Source: Mobula hypostoma
Lineage: Eukaryota
Reading direction: 5' to 3'
DNA: 64,000 nt
NCBI RefSeq assembly: GCF_963921235.1
Contig: NC_086108.1
Coordinates: forward strand, 86,802,001-86,866,000
The notes below the pieces were generated by a model that was given only the letters and a program-made list of their open reading frames with translations, was not told the origin of the DNA and searched no databases. The position numbers were made by a program, and so were the translations under genes. Shown here one piece after another: positions 37,921 through 51,459 of this stretch (position 1 is its first letter; the number at the start of each line of letters is the position of its first letter).

Positions 37921-39146
37921 ATCACTGAATGCTCAGACTCTTTCACCATTTGGGTTAGACTAATCTGGTTTGCTTTTTCACTTCGAAAGGCACAAGCTGA
38001 GTGCCAGTACACCGTATCAGAGCTACATAGATTGAGCTCTATTTATTTCAGTTGACTTAAACTGATTATAAGGTCATCCTCAGCTCATGCATTCCTTATT
38101 TTTCTTCCTTCCCTGATCACTTACCCATAAAAAGTATTCAGCCCTCCTGGAAGTTATCATGTTTTATCGTTTTACAACATTAAAACACAGTGGATTTAAT
38201 ATGGCATTTTTGACACCGATCAACAGAGAGAGAAAAAAATTCTTCCATGTCAAAGTAAAAACAGATCTCTACAAAGTGATTTCATTGGTGGCCTATGCTC
38301 CACTGGGAGCTAAGGACCCAAAAAGAAAAAGATACGTGCAGGGAAGGTCAAGTGGGAGAATCTCCTTGAAAATCAAATTACACTGAGTTTTTACCTTTTT
38401 GATACACTGATAATACATGACAGTTGACTTAAAGCCCATCCTTTGTAATCATGACCATGCTTAGCCAGGCTAGGAGGTCAGGTAGTCTTTTGCAATATCT
38501 CATGGTCCTGTGCATAAGCTTTCGACACAGGGCGCTTGTTTTTCAGTGATGACAGGAACCCAAAATGTAAAATGTATATTGATGCCCAGCATATTTATTA
38601 TGTTATCACTGTATTACTGTGTTGTAGGTTGGAATTTTGATGTGGCGGTGGATTGGAATCCAATCAACAGTTTTTTGTCAGTATAGAAATGACCTGATGA
38701 TGTTTTCTATACATTTAGCCAGCTGCTTGATAATGCCTCATGATCATGTCATATACATTCTATTCTAATGTTGACAAATATATATATATACACATATATG
38801 TCAGGGAACCATTCATTGTCTATATAAATACCCCGATGAATTTCCAAGATGGCTTGTGTCTAATAGCTCCATATGGTATGTCTAATTGCAGGATGTCACC
38901 CTCTAGGATTATTAATGTCAGTACCAAGCAACTTAAGTATCTGGATCACTGATCACTCAAACTCTCTTCCACCAGTGGGGTTATACTAATCTGGTTTGTT
39001 TTTTCACTTCAAAAGGCACAAGCCGAGTGCCAGGGCATAGTATCAAATCTACTTACACTGAGCTCTATTTATTTTAGCTGAGTTAAGCTGATTATAAGGT
39101 CATCCTCAACTTGTACATTCCTTATCTTTCTTCCTTCCCTGATCAC
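37921..39146 (+). repeat. ~200-bp diverged direct repeat (37921-38120 and 38945-39146)
   Basis: Manual alignment gives about 85% identity with one 2-nt indel. Confidence 0.85.
38123..38281. mobile_element. Tc1 terminal inverted repeat fragment
   Basis: Reverse complement of 10380-10530 (cataaaaagtattca...gtcaaagtaaaaacagatct). Confidence 0.75.
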
Positions 39147-41048
39147 CAAGGATACATTGTCTTATGCCTATGGCTGTATTTCAGATGGCCAATGTCATAC
39201 GCTGTCAGCGGTGAAGGGTATGAAACAGCCAGCAACACAGCTCATCGAACTCTCAAGGCTATAAGAAGGTATAAACTCAGTGACTGAAAAAAGATACTTA
39301 GTAATCAAGAAAATGAGGATGCAAAGAATTAGACAGGATGCTAGGACTTCAGACGGAGTTCTCTTTATATAGAATACCGTGTTGTACGGGGTAATTCCTA
39401 ATTCTGCATTTACTGTCAGTGTTATCAGACCTTAGCCTGCTTCCATCCCCATGAGGTTCAGTAAACTTGCATCTACCATATCTAGGACACTATTGCAAAG
39501 CAATCTAACAGCAGTAGAAGGACATAGCCTCAGGCTTTGAAGTCCTTATTACTGGATGAATGAAGCATCAAAAATGTGTTTAAAGATGGTATGAGGCTCA
39601 TAAACAAAGATGGCAAAAATAAGAGCCTTGGTTTCACAGCAAGATTCCACACAATGGCAGTACATTTGCTTAGAAGTTTGAGTCAGACGGATGGTGGGAA
39701 TGTGTTGTGTTATGCCTCTGAAATTTACTTCATTGCTCTGGATGGAGTAACTTTCAGAGACAGAGAGTAAAGCACAGAGATGCTAGTGTAGAATACCTTG
39801 AGCACCACCAGTCAAGAATTGATTTCTCATCAAATGTATGTAACTGACGTATGTAACTGTAACACAGCTCTGTTTTAACATTTTTAACCCACTTAAAATC
39901 ATATTCAAGATTATTACTTATTCCATGAGAGGGCAACATGATACAGATGCACAATGTAGAGCATTCTGACTCGTGTTAATAGCCAAATAGTGATTCAAAT
40001 TATAATGGGAGATGGAAAATGTATATAAAAAGGGCAAGGTTACAATGGCCATGGGGATTCCAATATGAGTTACATTCAAATATCTTGTTGGTGCTGGATG
40101 CCAACAGAAGGAATTTGTAGAATACCTACAGGATGGCATTTAGAGCGCTTGTGGTCAAGCTTACTAGGGAAAAGGCAATTCTGGGTTTGACGTTGATTAG
40201 GTTTGATTAGGGAGCTTAAGGTAAAGGATGCCTTATGAGACAGTAATCATATTATGATAGAATTCACTTGGCTGTTCGAAAGGGAGAAGCTAAAATCAGA
40301 AATAATATTATTACAGTGAAGTAAAAAGAAGTACAGGGGGCACGAGAGAGGGGCTGGCCAAAATTGTTTGCAAGGTGGCATTAGCAAGGATGACGGCAGA
40401 GCTGGAATTTCTGTGAGTAATTGGTTCATCTCAAAGAAGAAGTATTCTGAAGGGCGGGTAAGACAATTGTTGCTGTCAAGGGAAGTCAAATACTGCATAA
40501 ATCCAAAACAGAGACTATACAACGTCGTAAAAAATTGTGGGAATCTTTTAAAACCAATAAATGGTAACTAAAAAAGCAATAATTAAAGAAAAGATGAAAT
40601 ATGAAGGTAAAGTAGACAACAATATTAAAGTGGATGTCAAAGATTTTTCAGATATATAAAAAGTGAAAGAGAGAAAGAATAGGCATTGAACTGTTGGAAA
40701 ATGATGCTGGAGAGGTATTAATGGGGAACAATGAAATGTTGTATGATCTAAATAGGTATTTTGTGTCAATCTTCACTGTGGAGGACACCAGCAGAGTGTT
40801 ATAAATTTGAGTGAGTTAGGGGGTAGAAGTGTGCATGGTCGCTAATACTAAGAATGTGCTTGAGAAACTGCAAGTTCTTAAGGTAGTTAAGTCACCCGGA
40901 CAAGATGGAATATACCTCAAGGTTCTGAAAGAGGTAGCTGAAGCAATTGTGGTGGCATTAGTAGTGATCTTTCAAGAATCACTGCAGTCAGAAATACTTC
41001 CTGAATATTGGAAAATGGCAAATGTCACTCCACTCTTTAAGATGAGCG

Positions 41049-41585
41049 GAATCAGAATCAGAATCAGGCTTAATATCACCGGCATAAGTTTGTTGTCTTT
41101 GTGGCAGCAGTGCAATGCAATACATAACAACAGAAAAAAACTGTGAATTACAGTAAGCACGTAGAGTATATATTAAATAGTTAAATTAAGTAAGTGGTGC
41201 AAAGAAGTAGTGAGGTAGTATTCATGGGTTCAATGTCCATTCAGAAATCGGATGGCAGAGGGTAAGTAGCTGTTCCTGAATACAAAGCATGACCTGGGTG
41301 ATCCGGGTCCTTAATGATGAATGCTGTGTTTTTCGGGCATTGCTCCTTGAAGATACCCTGGATACTACAGAGGCTACTGCCCATGATGGAGCTGACTATG
41401 TACGTAGACCCACCCATCGCCTCCCCATATCAGACGGTGATCAGCCAGTTAGAATGCTCTGCATGGTACATCTGTAGAAATTTGCGAGTGTCTTTGAAGA
41501 CATACCAAATCTCCTCAAACTCCTAATGATATATAGCCACTGTCATGCCTGCTTTGTTGCTGCATCAAAACATTGCGTCCAGGAG
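41049..41585 (-). mobile_element. Rex/Babar 3' fragment
   Basis: (gaatca)n tail. Same layout as 515-1058. Confidence 0.7.
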
Positions 41586-42246
41586 CTTGAAAATGAAGGC
41601 AAAAGGCAGGAAAATATAGCCCTGTTAGCCTGACTTCAGAAGCATGATGTTAGATACAACTTTTAAAGCCAAGGCTTTAGAGTACTTGGAAGTGCATTAT
41701 AAAATGGCCAAAGTCAGCATGGTTTCCTTAAGGGGAAATCTTGCCTGACAAATCTGTTGGAATTCTTTGAGGAAATAAAGGTGGGATAGACAAAGGAGAG
41801 ACAGTGAACATCATTACTTGGATTTCCAGAAGGCCTTTAACAAGGAGCTGCACATGAGGCACAAGATAATAGATCAAGGTAAGAACAAGGTAACAAGATC
41901 CAAGATAACGACACATGAGAACAAGATAAGAGCCATAGTATTACAGGAAAGATATTAGCATAAACAGAAGATTCACTGTCTGGCAGAAGGCAGAGTGGGA
42001 ATAAAGGGGGCATTTTCTGGTTGTTTGCTGGTGACTAGTGGTGTTCCCTAGGGGCTGGTGTTGGCACTGCTACTTTTCATGCTGTATGTTAATGATCTGG
42101 ATGACAGAATTGATGGCTTTGTAGCCGGTTTTGCAAAAGGACTTGAACAGATGAGGAGAATGGGCAAAGAAATGGTAGAGGGAATGCTTGGTAGGGAAGT
42201 GTATGGCCATGCACATTGATAGAAGGAATAAAGATGTACACTAATG

Positions 42247-42830
42247 AATTCAAGTTCAAGTTGAAGCTTAATTATCATTCAGCCGTACATGAATACCCAT
42301 GAATACAGCAGAACAAAACAGGGTTACAGCAGGGTCACAGTACCAACAGTCAAACATAGCACATTTACCACGCATAGTTATGATAGCAGGAAAGCATACA
42401 GTCACATATAAAATCTATTACGGCCCAAGTCCCTGAGTGTCCTGTCCTGTAGATTGATGATGCATGGATGTTGTCAGAAAGAACAAGCCCGCAGCAGTCC
42501 ACCGACAAATGCAGTCCGGCCTGTTTTCTACAGTGACCGCTGTGGAGCAGCACCAATGGGAGGGGCAAGTCCTGAACCCAGCATGATGCTCTGCACACTG
42601 CCTCCCGCACCTCCCGTCCTGGGTGGCTGCAACAGGGGAACCCGGAGCAGGAGGCCTAGTCCACATTACAACTGAGGCTATACAATTCCCCCCACTGTCA
42701 GTCACATCAATAAATCAGTGAACCTGCCTTGCAGTATCCTACATGACCAATGTCCATCGGAGTCTTGAAATGACAAGAAAAATGTCCAAGGCAACCACTC
42801 ACTCCTAGATTGCATACTGCCTCATGCTCC
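42247..42830 (-). mobile_element. Non-coding retroposed element with (AACTTG)n tail
   Basis: aattcaagttcaagttg tail, possible TSD aattca. Weak resemblance to 1690-2090. Confidence 0.5.
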
Positions 42831-43199
42831 AATTCAGAAATCGGATCTACGAAAGGATTGGGAGTCCTAGTGCAGAATTCCCTAAAGGTTACCTTACAGG
42901 ATGAGTCAGTAGTAAAGAAGGAAAATGCAATATTAGCATCCATTTGAAGAGCACTAAAATATAAAAACAAGGATGTAATGTTGAGACTTTATAAGGCAGT
43001 GGACAAATCACATTTAGAGCACAGTAAGCAGTTTTGGGCCCCATATAGGGTGTGGAAAGGGTGTGCTGGCATTGAAGAGGGTCCAGGGGAGGTCTATGAG
43101 AATGATCCTGGGAATGAAATGGTTAATATATGACATGTTTGATGGTTCTGGGTCTGCATTCACTACAGTTTAGAACAGAGGGGGCTTTTTTTATGTTGT

Positions 43200-43361
43200 G
43201 AGCAACACACTCAAAATCCTGGAGGAATTTAGCAGGCCAGGAAGCATCTATGGAAAAAAGTACAGGTGACGTTTTGAGCCGAAACCCTTCAGCAGGACGG
43301 GAGAAAAAGTCGACTGTACTTTTGCTCGGACTTTCAGCGTCGGCAGATTTTCTCTTGTTTG
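43200..43361 (+). mobile_element. Collapsed Penelope-derived fold-back insertion
   Basis: Inverted arm 43202-43300, sense part starting gtcgactgtac at 43309, then tail. Imperfect 13-bp TSD at 43187-43199 / 43362-43374. Confidence 0.7.
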
Positions 43362-43809
43362 TTTTTAATGTTGTCATTGTTTTGTTGCTTGTTGTGCTCT
43401 GTGTTGTTCTGCCAAGCATTGTGGCCATGCTATGCTGGCTCAGGAATACTTGGCGACAGTAGTGGGCTTCCTCCAGCACATCCTTAGGCTATGTTGGTTT
43501 TTAACATGATCAACACACTTCGCTATATGTTTCGATATACACGTGATAGATAAATTAATTTGAATCAACCACTACTTGGGTGCCTTGTGGATTACGTAGG
43601 TGTAGCTTGTGGAGCAGTGCACTCCTTGCTCCAGTTAGGCCTGCCTTCTGTGTGTTCTGGCACACGAACAGGGCTCTTGGTGCTCTTCCAATGCTTGTCC
43701 TTCATTTGAGCATTCATGGATGTCGATTTTATCAAGGTGTCTAATTCATCAGTCCACCTTATTCATGTGTGATGCGGAATAGACGTGGACTGCTTGGAAA
43801 GTGCAATAA

Positions 43810-45255
43810 ACAAAGCAGGGCTGGCTGCTTCAATGACTATCACCCAGTAGCACTCACATCTACTATGATGAAGAGCTTTGAGAGCTTGGTCATGGCCAGA
43901 GTCAACTCCTGCCTAAGCAAGGACCTGGACCCGCTTCAAGTTGCCTATTGCCATAGTAGGTCTACAGAAGATGCATTCTCACGGGCTCGCCACTTGGTCT
44001 TTGATCACCCGGATAAAAGTAATATCTATGTCAGACTACTGCTTATTGATTACAGCTCAGTGTTCAACACAATCATACCCTCAGTTCTAATCAACAAGCT
44101 CCAAAACCTGTGGCTCTGTACCTCCCTCTGCAACTTCCTCACTGGGCCAGCAGTCTGGGCGGATCAGAAATAACATCTCCTCCTTGCTGACAATCAACAG
44201 TGGTGCATCTTAAGGAGGTGTGCTGAGTCCTCTACTCTACACCCATGATTGTGTGGCTAAGCACAGCTTAAATAACATCCTTAAATTTGATGATGACACA
44301 CTGTTGTTGGCAGAATTTCAGATGCTGATGAAGAGGTGTACAGAATTGAAACCAATCAGTTGCTCAAGTGCGTCACATCTACAACTTTGCACTCAACATC
44401 AGTAGGACCAAGGAACTGATTGTGGACCTTAGGAAGGAGAAGTCGAGGGAACACACACCAGTCCTCATTGAGAGATCAGAAGTAGAAGGGGTGAGCAGTT
44501 TCAAGTTCCTGGGTATCAACATCTTTGAGGATCTATCCTGGGCCCAACATATTGATGCAATTACAAAGTCACTACAGAACTAAATTTCAGTAGGAGTTTG
44601 AGGAGACACCAGCAAATTTCTACAGATGTACTGTGGGGACATTCTAACTGGTTGCATCACCATCTGATATGGAGAGGCTACTGCACAGGATCAGAAAAAA
44701 GCTGCAGAAAGTTGTAAACTCTGCCTGTTCCATCATGGGTGCTCGTCTCACCAGCGTCCAGGGCACCTTCAAAAGACGATGCCTCAAAAAAGTGGCATTA
44801 AGCACCCCTATCACCCAGGACATGCCCTCTTCTTGTTGCTATCATCAAAGAGATGGAAAAGAAGGTAGGGGAGCTTGAAGAGACAAACTCAATGTTTCAG
44901 GAACAGCTTCTTCTCCTCCACCATCAGATTTCTAAATGGACAATGAACCCATGAAAATTACCTCAGCATTTTTCCCTCTCATTTTGCACTTACTTAATTA
45001 TATATATATATACACACACACACACATATACATACATACACATACATATAATTATATAATTATATTACAATACAAAATGTATTGTATATAAATACAATAT
45101 ATAGTATACATTCATAAATACAATATAAATTATATATGTATAATTCATCACAATTTATAGTTTTTTTATTTTTATGTATTCCATTGTACTGCTGTCCCCA
45201 AAAAAATAAATTTCATGACATATGCCAGTGATATTAAACCTGATTTTAATTCTGG
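43810..45255 (+). mobile_element. Rex1/Babar-type LINE RT and 3' end, degenerate
   Basis: NDYHPVALTSTMMKSFE, DPLQVAY..RSTEDA, IDYSSVFNTIIP, KFDDDT, SFKFLG. Confidence 0.85.
44998..45140. repeat. (TA)n/(CA)n and AT-rich low-complexity expansion inside the LINE 3'UTR
   Basis: Directly visible. Confidence 0.8.
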
Positions 45256-46711
45256 ATAAGTTTTATGCTGCCAGTACATATATCAGGTAGTTTGGTTGGT
45301 ACTTTAGGCCTAATGAGGCCAAATAATATGGCCAGTCATGTGTATGACTGTAAGTATGGATACGCATGTAGAGAGAGTCTCACAATGAACAGAAGAATCC
45401 AATGGTGTCTGTTGTTGGTGACCCAGAATGCCCATTTTCATTGATGATAAAGAATCACTGAGAGCCAAAGATGTGGGAGTGTCAAAGGTCAAAGTAAAAC
45501 TTATGTCTCCACATACAACCCAGAGATTTTTTTTCTGGAGGTTTGCTTAGCAAATTTATGGATCAGTAACCAAAAACTGTAAACATCAGAAACTGTTAAC
45601 TGTAAACAAACTGTGCAAATGCAGATATAAACAAATAGCAATAGATAACAAGCATGAAATAACAATATAACAGAGTCCTTAAATGAGTGTACCTATCCCC
45701 TTTGGTCAAGAACCTGATGATTGAAGGGTAGTAACTATCGTTGAAACCAGTGGGGCAGATTTTCTTGTTCTTAATCACGTCTCTTTGTCCACTGTCATCC
45801 TTATATGAGATGAGTATATGTTTTGCTCTCAAATGGACTGAAGGAAGGTTGGGATATGGCATAAATTCTGGTGCGCAAACCATTGGACTTACACAAGAAT
45901 TGGCAATGTAAGTAGGATTTTATGCCCTAAAATCACACTTCAATACATTTCTTCACTACTTAGCAACATCCTTCACCTACTACTCGAACCTTTGTGAGCT
46001 GACAGCTGTGCGATCTCTTTTACAGTTCTTCCTCTAGGCTGCTGGCAGCACATTTCATTTGAAGCTGTTCTTGTTTCCGACTGCTACAGAAAATGTCACA
46101 GCAACACAAAATGTCAGATTTCATTGCCTTCAGATGTTAATCTAACGTGTCAACACAAAAACTGAAAAAAAATCATGGATTTAGGCCAAGGAAAATTTGC
46201 GACACGGTGGGGGGGGGCGCGTGATAGCGTGATGCTTAGTATAATGTTAATAAAGCGCCAGCTGTATAATTCTGCTGCTGTCTTTAAGGTGATTGTACAC
46301 TCTGTTGCCAAAGGAGTGTATGTTCATGGACTTCCGCTGCTGTAGCCCATCCACTTCAAGGTTTGTCTGCACGCCACTATTGTAATGTGTGGTTATTTGA
46401 GCTAATGTCACCTTCCTGCAGTCTTGAACCAGACTAGCCATTCTCCTCCGAGCTCGCTCACTAACAAGCTGTTTTTGCTCACAGAACTGCTGTTCACTCG
46501 GTGCATTTGTTGTCTTTCACACCACTCTCTAGAGAATGTTGTGCATGAAAATTCCAGGGGATATCAGCAGTTTCTGAGTTATGCAAACCATTCCTTCTGG
46601 CACCAACTATCATTCTACAGTCAAAGTCACTTGACCATGTCTACAAGCTTTTTTTTTTGCATTGAAATGCTGCCAGATTATTGGCTGGTTAGATGTTTTG
46701 CATTAGCAACT

Positions 46712-48813
46712 AATCAACAGATGACATGATAGCCACTGCTCTACATTTACACCTGGGACTTCAACTACTGCACAGAGTCTTGTCATCTTCAGAAGTTTTC
46801 TGATGACTCTGCCATAGTTGGATGCATCAGCAAGGGAGATGAGGCTGAGTACAGGGCTACGGTAGGAAACCTTGTCACATGGTGTGAGCAGAATTATCTG
46901 CAGCTTAATGTGAAAGAGACTAAGGAGCTGGTGGTAACCTGAGAAGAACTAAGGTACCGGTGACCCCTGTTTCCATCCAGGGGGTCAGTGTGGACATGGT
47001 GGAGGATTACAAATACCTGGGGATATGAATTGACAATAAACTGGACTGGTCAAAGAACACTGAGGCTGTCTACAAGAAGGGTCAGAGCCATCTCTATTTC
47101 CTGAGGAGACTCAGGTCCTTTAACATCTGCCGGACGATGCTGAGGGTGTCCTACGAGTCTGTGGTGGCCAGTGCTATCATGTTTGCTGTTGTGTGCTGGG
47201 GCAGCAGGCTGAGGGTAACAGATGCCAACAGAATCAACAAACTCATTCGTAAGGCCAGTGATGTTGTGGGGATGGAACTGGACTCTCTGGCGGAGGTGTC
47301 TGAAAAGAGGATGCTGTCCAAGTTGCATGCCATCTTGGACAATGTCTCCCATCCACTACATAATGTACTGGGTGGGCTCAGGAGTACATTCAGCCAGAGA
47401 CTCATTCCACCGAGATGCAACACAGAGCATCATAGGAAATCATTCCTGCCTGTGGCCATCAAACTTTACAACTCCTCCCTTGGAGGGTCAGACACCCTGT
47501 GCCAATAGGCTGGTCCTGGACTCATTTCATAACTTACTGGCATAATTTACATATTACTATTTAACTATTTTTGGTTCTATTACTATTTATTATTTATGGT
47601 GCAACTGTAACGAAAACCAATTTCCCCCAGGATCAATAAAGTATGACTACGACTATGACATACCGTCCTTACACATCTGGAGAAGAAGGATGCTTATCTG
47701 AGAATGCTGTTCTTGGACTACAGTTCAGCATTCAACACCATAATTCGATCCAGGCTCTGTAGGAAGTCCAGAGACCTCGGCCTTGACCCTGCCTTGTGCA
47801 GCTGGATCCTGGACTTCCTGTCAGATTGCAAGCGGGTGGTAAGAGTGGGATCCCTCACCTCCACCCCTCTGACTTTCAAAAACAGGAGCCCCTCAGGGCT
47901 GTGTACTAAGTTGTCTCCTTTACTCTCTGTATACTCACGACTGCGTCACCATCCACAGCTGTAATCTGCTAATTAAATTTGCCGACAACACTACATTGAT
48001 GGGTCCAATCTCAAACAATAACGAGGTGGCCTACAGGGAAGAAGTCATCACCCTGACACAGTGGTGTCAAGAAAACAACCTCCTCCTTAATGTTGCAAAA
48101 AATAAAGGAGCTGGTTGCGGATTACAGGAGGAATGGAGACAGGCTAACCCTTATTGACATCAATGCATCTGGGGTTGAAAGGGTAAACAGCTTTAAGTTC
48201 CTTGGCATGCACATCACCGATGACCTCACGTGGTCTGTACACACCAGCTGTGTGGTAAAAAAGGCACAACAGCACCTCTTTCACTTCACATGGTTGAGAA
48301 AGTTTGGTGGGGCCCCAAATCCTAGAACTTTCTACGGGGGCACGATTGAGAGCATCCTGACTGGCTGCATCACTGCCTGGTATGGGAACTGTACTTCCTA
48401 AAATCGCAGGAGTCTGTAGAGAGTGGTGCGGACAGCCCAGCCCATCTGTAGTTGTGAACTTCCCATGATTCAGTATGTTTACGAAGACAGATGTGAAAAA
48501 AGGGCCCAAAGGATCATTGAGGACCCGAGTCACCCCAAGCGCAATCTATTGCAGCTATTACCGTCCGGAAAACAGTACCGCAGCATAAGAGCCAGGACCA
48601 ACAGGCTCCGGGACAGCTTCTTCCACCAGGCCAGCAGACTGATGAACTCACACTGATTTGAGTGTATTTCTATGTTACATTGACTGTTCTAATTAATGAA
48701 AATTATTACAAATTACTATGATTGCACATTGCACATTTAGATGGAGACATAACGTAAAGTGTTTTACTCCCAATGTATGTGCAGGATTTAAGAAATAAAG
48801 TCAATTAAATTCA
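46712..48813 (+). mobile_element. Rex/Babar LINE B (RT + 3' end), split at 46746
   Basis: STDDMIATALH|TVLTHLEKKDAYLRMLFLDYSSAFNTI, KFADNTT, SFKFLG. Confidence 0.85.
46747..47657 (+). mobile_element. Rex/Babar LINE A, 3' fragment (young)
   Basis: LQKFSDDSAIVG, YKYLG, ORF 47137..47508. (ATGACT)n tail. TSD acat. Confidence 0.85.
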
Positions 48814-48940
48814 AGCAGTTTAAGAAACTACTAGACAGGTATATGGAGGAATTTAAGGTGTGGGGTTACATGGGAGGCAGGGTTTGAGGGTCGGCACAAC
48901 ATTGTGGGCCGAAGGGCTTGTAATGTGCTGTACTATTCTA
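48814..48940 (+). mobile_element. CR1 3' tail (same subfamily as 52780-54410)
   Basis: actagacaggtatatggaggaatttaaggtg...gagggtcggcacaacattgtgggc. Confidence 0.75.
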
Positions 48941-50526
48941 AGGAGCAGATGTGCCGGTGTATCTAATAAAGTGGCCACTGAGTACATTATCCCTTTTTCC
49001 ACATGGGTTTCCCCTGGCTGTTCCTTTTCCCTCCCACGCTCAAAAATGTGTGAGTTAATAGATTAATTGGTCACGTGGGTGTAACTGGGCTTGCAGACTC
49101 ATTGGGCAGGTAGAGCCTGTTACCGAGATGTATCGCTAAATAAAATAAATAAAAATTTGTTTTACATCTTGGTGTCACAGAGGAGCAGAAGATCGTAATA
49201 CAGGAGGCGAGTTTGCAGTCAGGCAATCTCACTGAAGCATTTACACTCTTGGCCTTCAGAGGAAGTGCACAGATTAATTCTCAAAAAGAAAACAATGTGA
49301 CAGTTGTGAAGATTTCATACTGAGTGCAGAGCAGACATTCACCACAGAATGCAGCTGTACAGAAGGATCTGCACGTCCTTGTACATGAAGCAATGAAAGG
49401 AATTAGGAAATAGAATAGACGGTCAGCCATTATTGCAGAAGGAATTGAACATAGAATATAGAACATAGAAATCTAACAGCACATTACAGGCCTTTCAGCC
49501 CACAATGCTGTGCTGACCATGTAACCTACTCTAGAAACTGCCTAGGATTTCCCTACCGCATAGCCCTCTAGTTTTCAAAGCTCCATATTGTGTATGAGAG
49601 TTGGCAAGTGTTGCTAAAACTATACAGAATATTGCTGAAGCTATAACTGCCATAATGCAGTTTGGTCTGCTGATGTAAAGAGGGACGTACTATCATTGAA
49701 AGCCTTAGTAGAGGCTCACTGAGGCAATTGTTATCAAGTGCATACAGTCTCAATGTAGCACTTTAATCCAAAGCTTCAATATTTCCTTTACCCTCACAAA
49801 TTCTGCTCAACCCACTGAGTTCCTCCAGCAGTTTGTTGCACCCCAGATTCTAGCAAGACCTCGCTGTTCCCTCTTAACCTTTAAGGCTTAACTTCTTCCT
49901 AAAGTTCACCGCGCAAGATAAAAATACTGCTCACCACCTTACCGAATGTTCTCGTACAATGACAGATCTCAGAACAGAACATCTATTTCAGGGCATTCGT
50001 GCTTTGAACATACAAATAATATGGCCTTTCCCACATAGATGGTATTCTAACTGGTGACATGATGATCCAGTGCTGCAGTTCCAAGGCACAGGAACACAAG
50101 AGGTTGCAGAAGCATCCCAATTCATCAAAGGGACAGTTTTTCCACCAGTGACTGTATCTAAAGGAAGTGCTGTCTCCAGGATCATCAAAGATCCCCATCA
50201 TCTGGGTCATGCTGCCTCAGTCTGGCAGGAGATACAGAAGCCTAAAGTTCCACTCCAGCTGATTCAAGAACAGGTACAAATTTAAAGCTCTTGAAGCAAC
50301 GACCAAACCCTAATCGCACCTCAGCACTGGAACACCATTGCTCATTACTTGCACTGACATAGACTTGTCTCAGATTGTGTCCTTTTTTTGGCATTTTGTG
50401 CACTTATTGCCAGGTTTAGGTCTTGATCTTCAGCTGGCAAAACAGCCTAAAGTTAAAGGTCCAGAAATTATTGAGATAATATATTCCAATGATTGGCTAG
50501 GTGGGATCGGGACAGGTGGATTTCCT

Positions 50527-50762
50527 TTAGATTTTATTTAGAGATACAGCATGATAACAAGCAGTACTGGCCCAATGAGACCACACTGTCTAATTACACC
50601 CATGTGACTAATTAACCTACTAACCTGTACACCTTTGGAATGTGGGAGGAAACCAGGGCACCTGGAATAAACCATAACGATCACTGGGACAACATACAGC
50701 AGAATTGAACCCAGGTCACTGCCACTGTAATAGCATGATGCTAGCTGCTATGCTGCTGTGCC
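50527..50762 (-). mobile_element. tRNA-derived V-SINE
   Basis: Minus-strand head ggcacagcagcatagcagctagc...gggttcaattc (B box) and V-domain ccaggtgccctggtttcctcccacattccaaag. Confidence 0.7.
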
Positions 50763-51459
50763 TCCCTGGATGTATTCTTGGGAAGAAGACACACAAGCAG
50801 GAATAACAAAGGCCCATTTTTCCAAAAATCAACTAGAGAGCGAAGAGTTAATTAACTAGAGAAAGTTTGTGAGTTCCTTATTAATTATAAATTGAATTTT
50901 AAATTTAATTCAAAGACCAGCAGATTAGCTGATGAAAAAAATGAATTCAATTCCCCAACTGTCACTACCAGAAAATCAAAAACCACATCAAGAGGTTGAT
51001 GTTCTCACTATTATTTCTGCACCCATCAGTGAGTCAGGAGTCATGGGGGAATTAGGAAGTGAGACTTTTACACACAACCTCAGATGCCTGGCCCTCCCTC
51101 ACAGGCTGAACTTGGCAAGAGATGAAGATTGGTTGATGCTAAAGGCTTTCATTTCAATCACTGTGCTGGAAGAAATAGATGCAAGCAACTGATAAAGCCG
51201 AAAGATGAACCAAAATGAGCACAGTGTATTGATCTTAAAACCGATATTATACTGGAGTGGGAACCACTGTGGCAAGGAATAAGTGTGCAAGCTATGATAC
51301 TAAAACCAGAGAATATTAGAAATACTCAGCAGGTTAGGGAGTACAATGGAGAGAGAAAAACAGAGTTGTTGTTTAAGGTTGATGACCTGTCACAGGACAG
51401 AATTACACTTAGTCAACTGGCCAGCTCCTGAACATTGCAGATCCCTTGTGATGAGCTTA

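Larger units (their letters stand above)
39990..43185 (+). mobile_element. CR1 LINE, degenerate, interrupted twice
   Basis: KSPGQDGIYLKVLKEVA, WKMANVTPLFK, GKSCLTNLLEFFEE. Resumes after 41585 and 42830. Confidence 0.8.
46298..48982 (-). mobile_element. Deleted Tc1-family element (46298-46706 and 48941-48982)
   Basis: TA-cactctgttgcc ... ctaataaagtggccactgag-TA termini. Minus ORF MASLVQDCRKVTLAQITTHYNSGVQ. Confidence 0.7.
46210..49155 (+). mobile_element. V-SINE split into 46210-46297 and 48983-49155
   Basis: Rejoining gives ...gattgta|cattatccc...catgggtttcccctggctgttcc..ctcccac, the V-domain also present in 50527-50762. Confidence 0.6.

Noticed and set aside
45810..45912. Donor-like GCAAT|GTAAGT as the upstream scramblase exon
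   Set aside because: The phase-compatible frame has a stop and there is no convincing motif.
50690..50762. tRNA gene
   Set aside because: Degenerate tRNA-like head continuous with a V-SINE body; no full cloverleaf.
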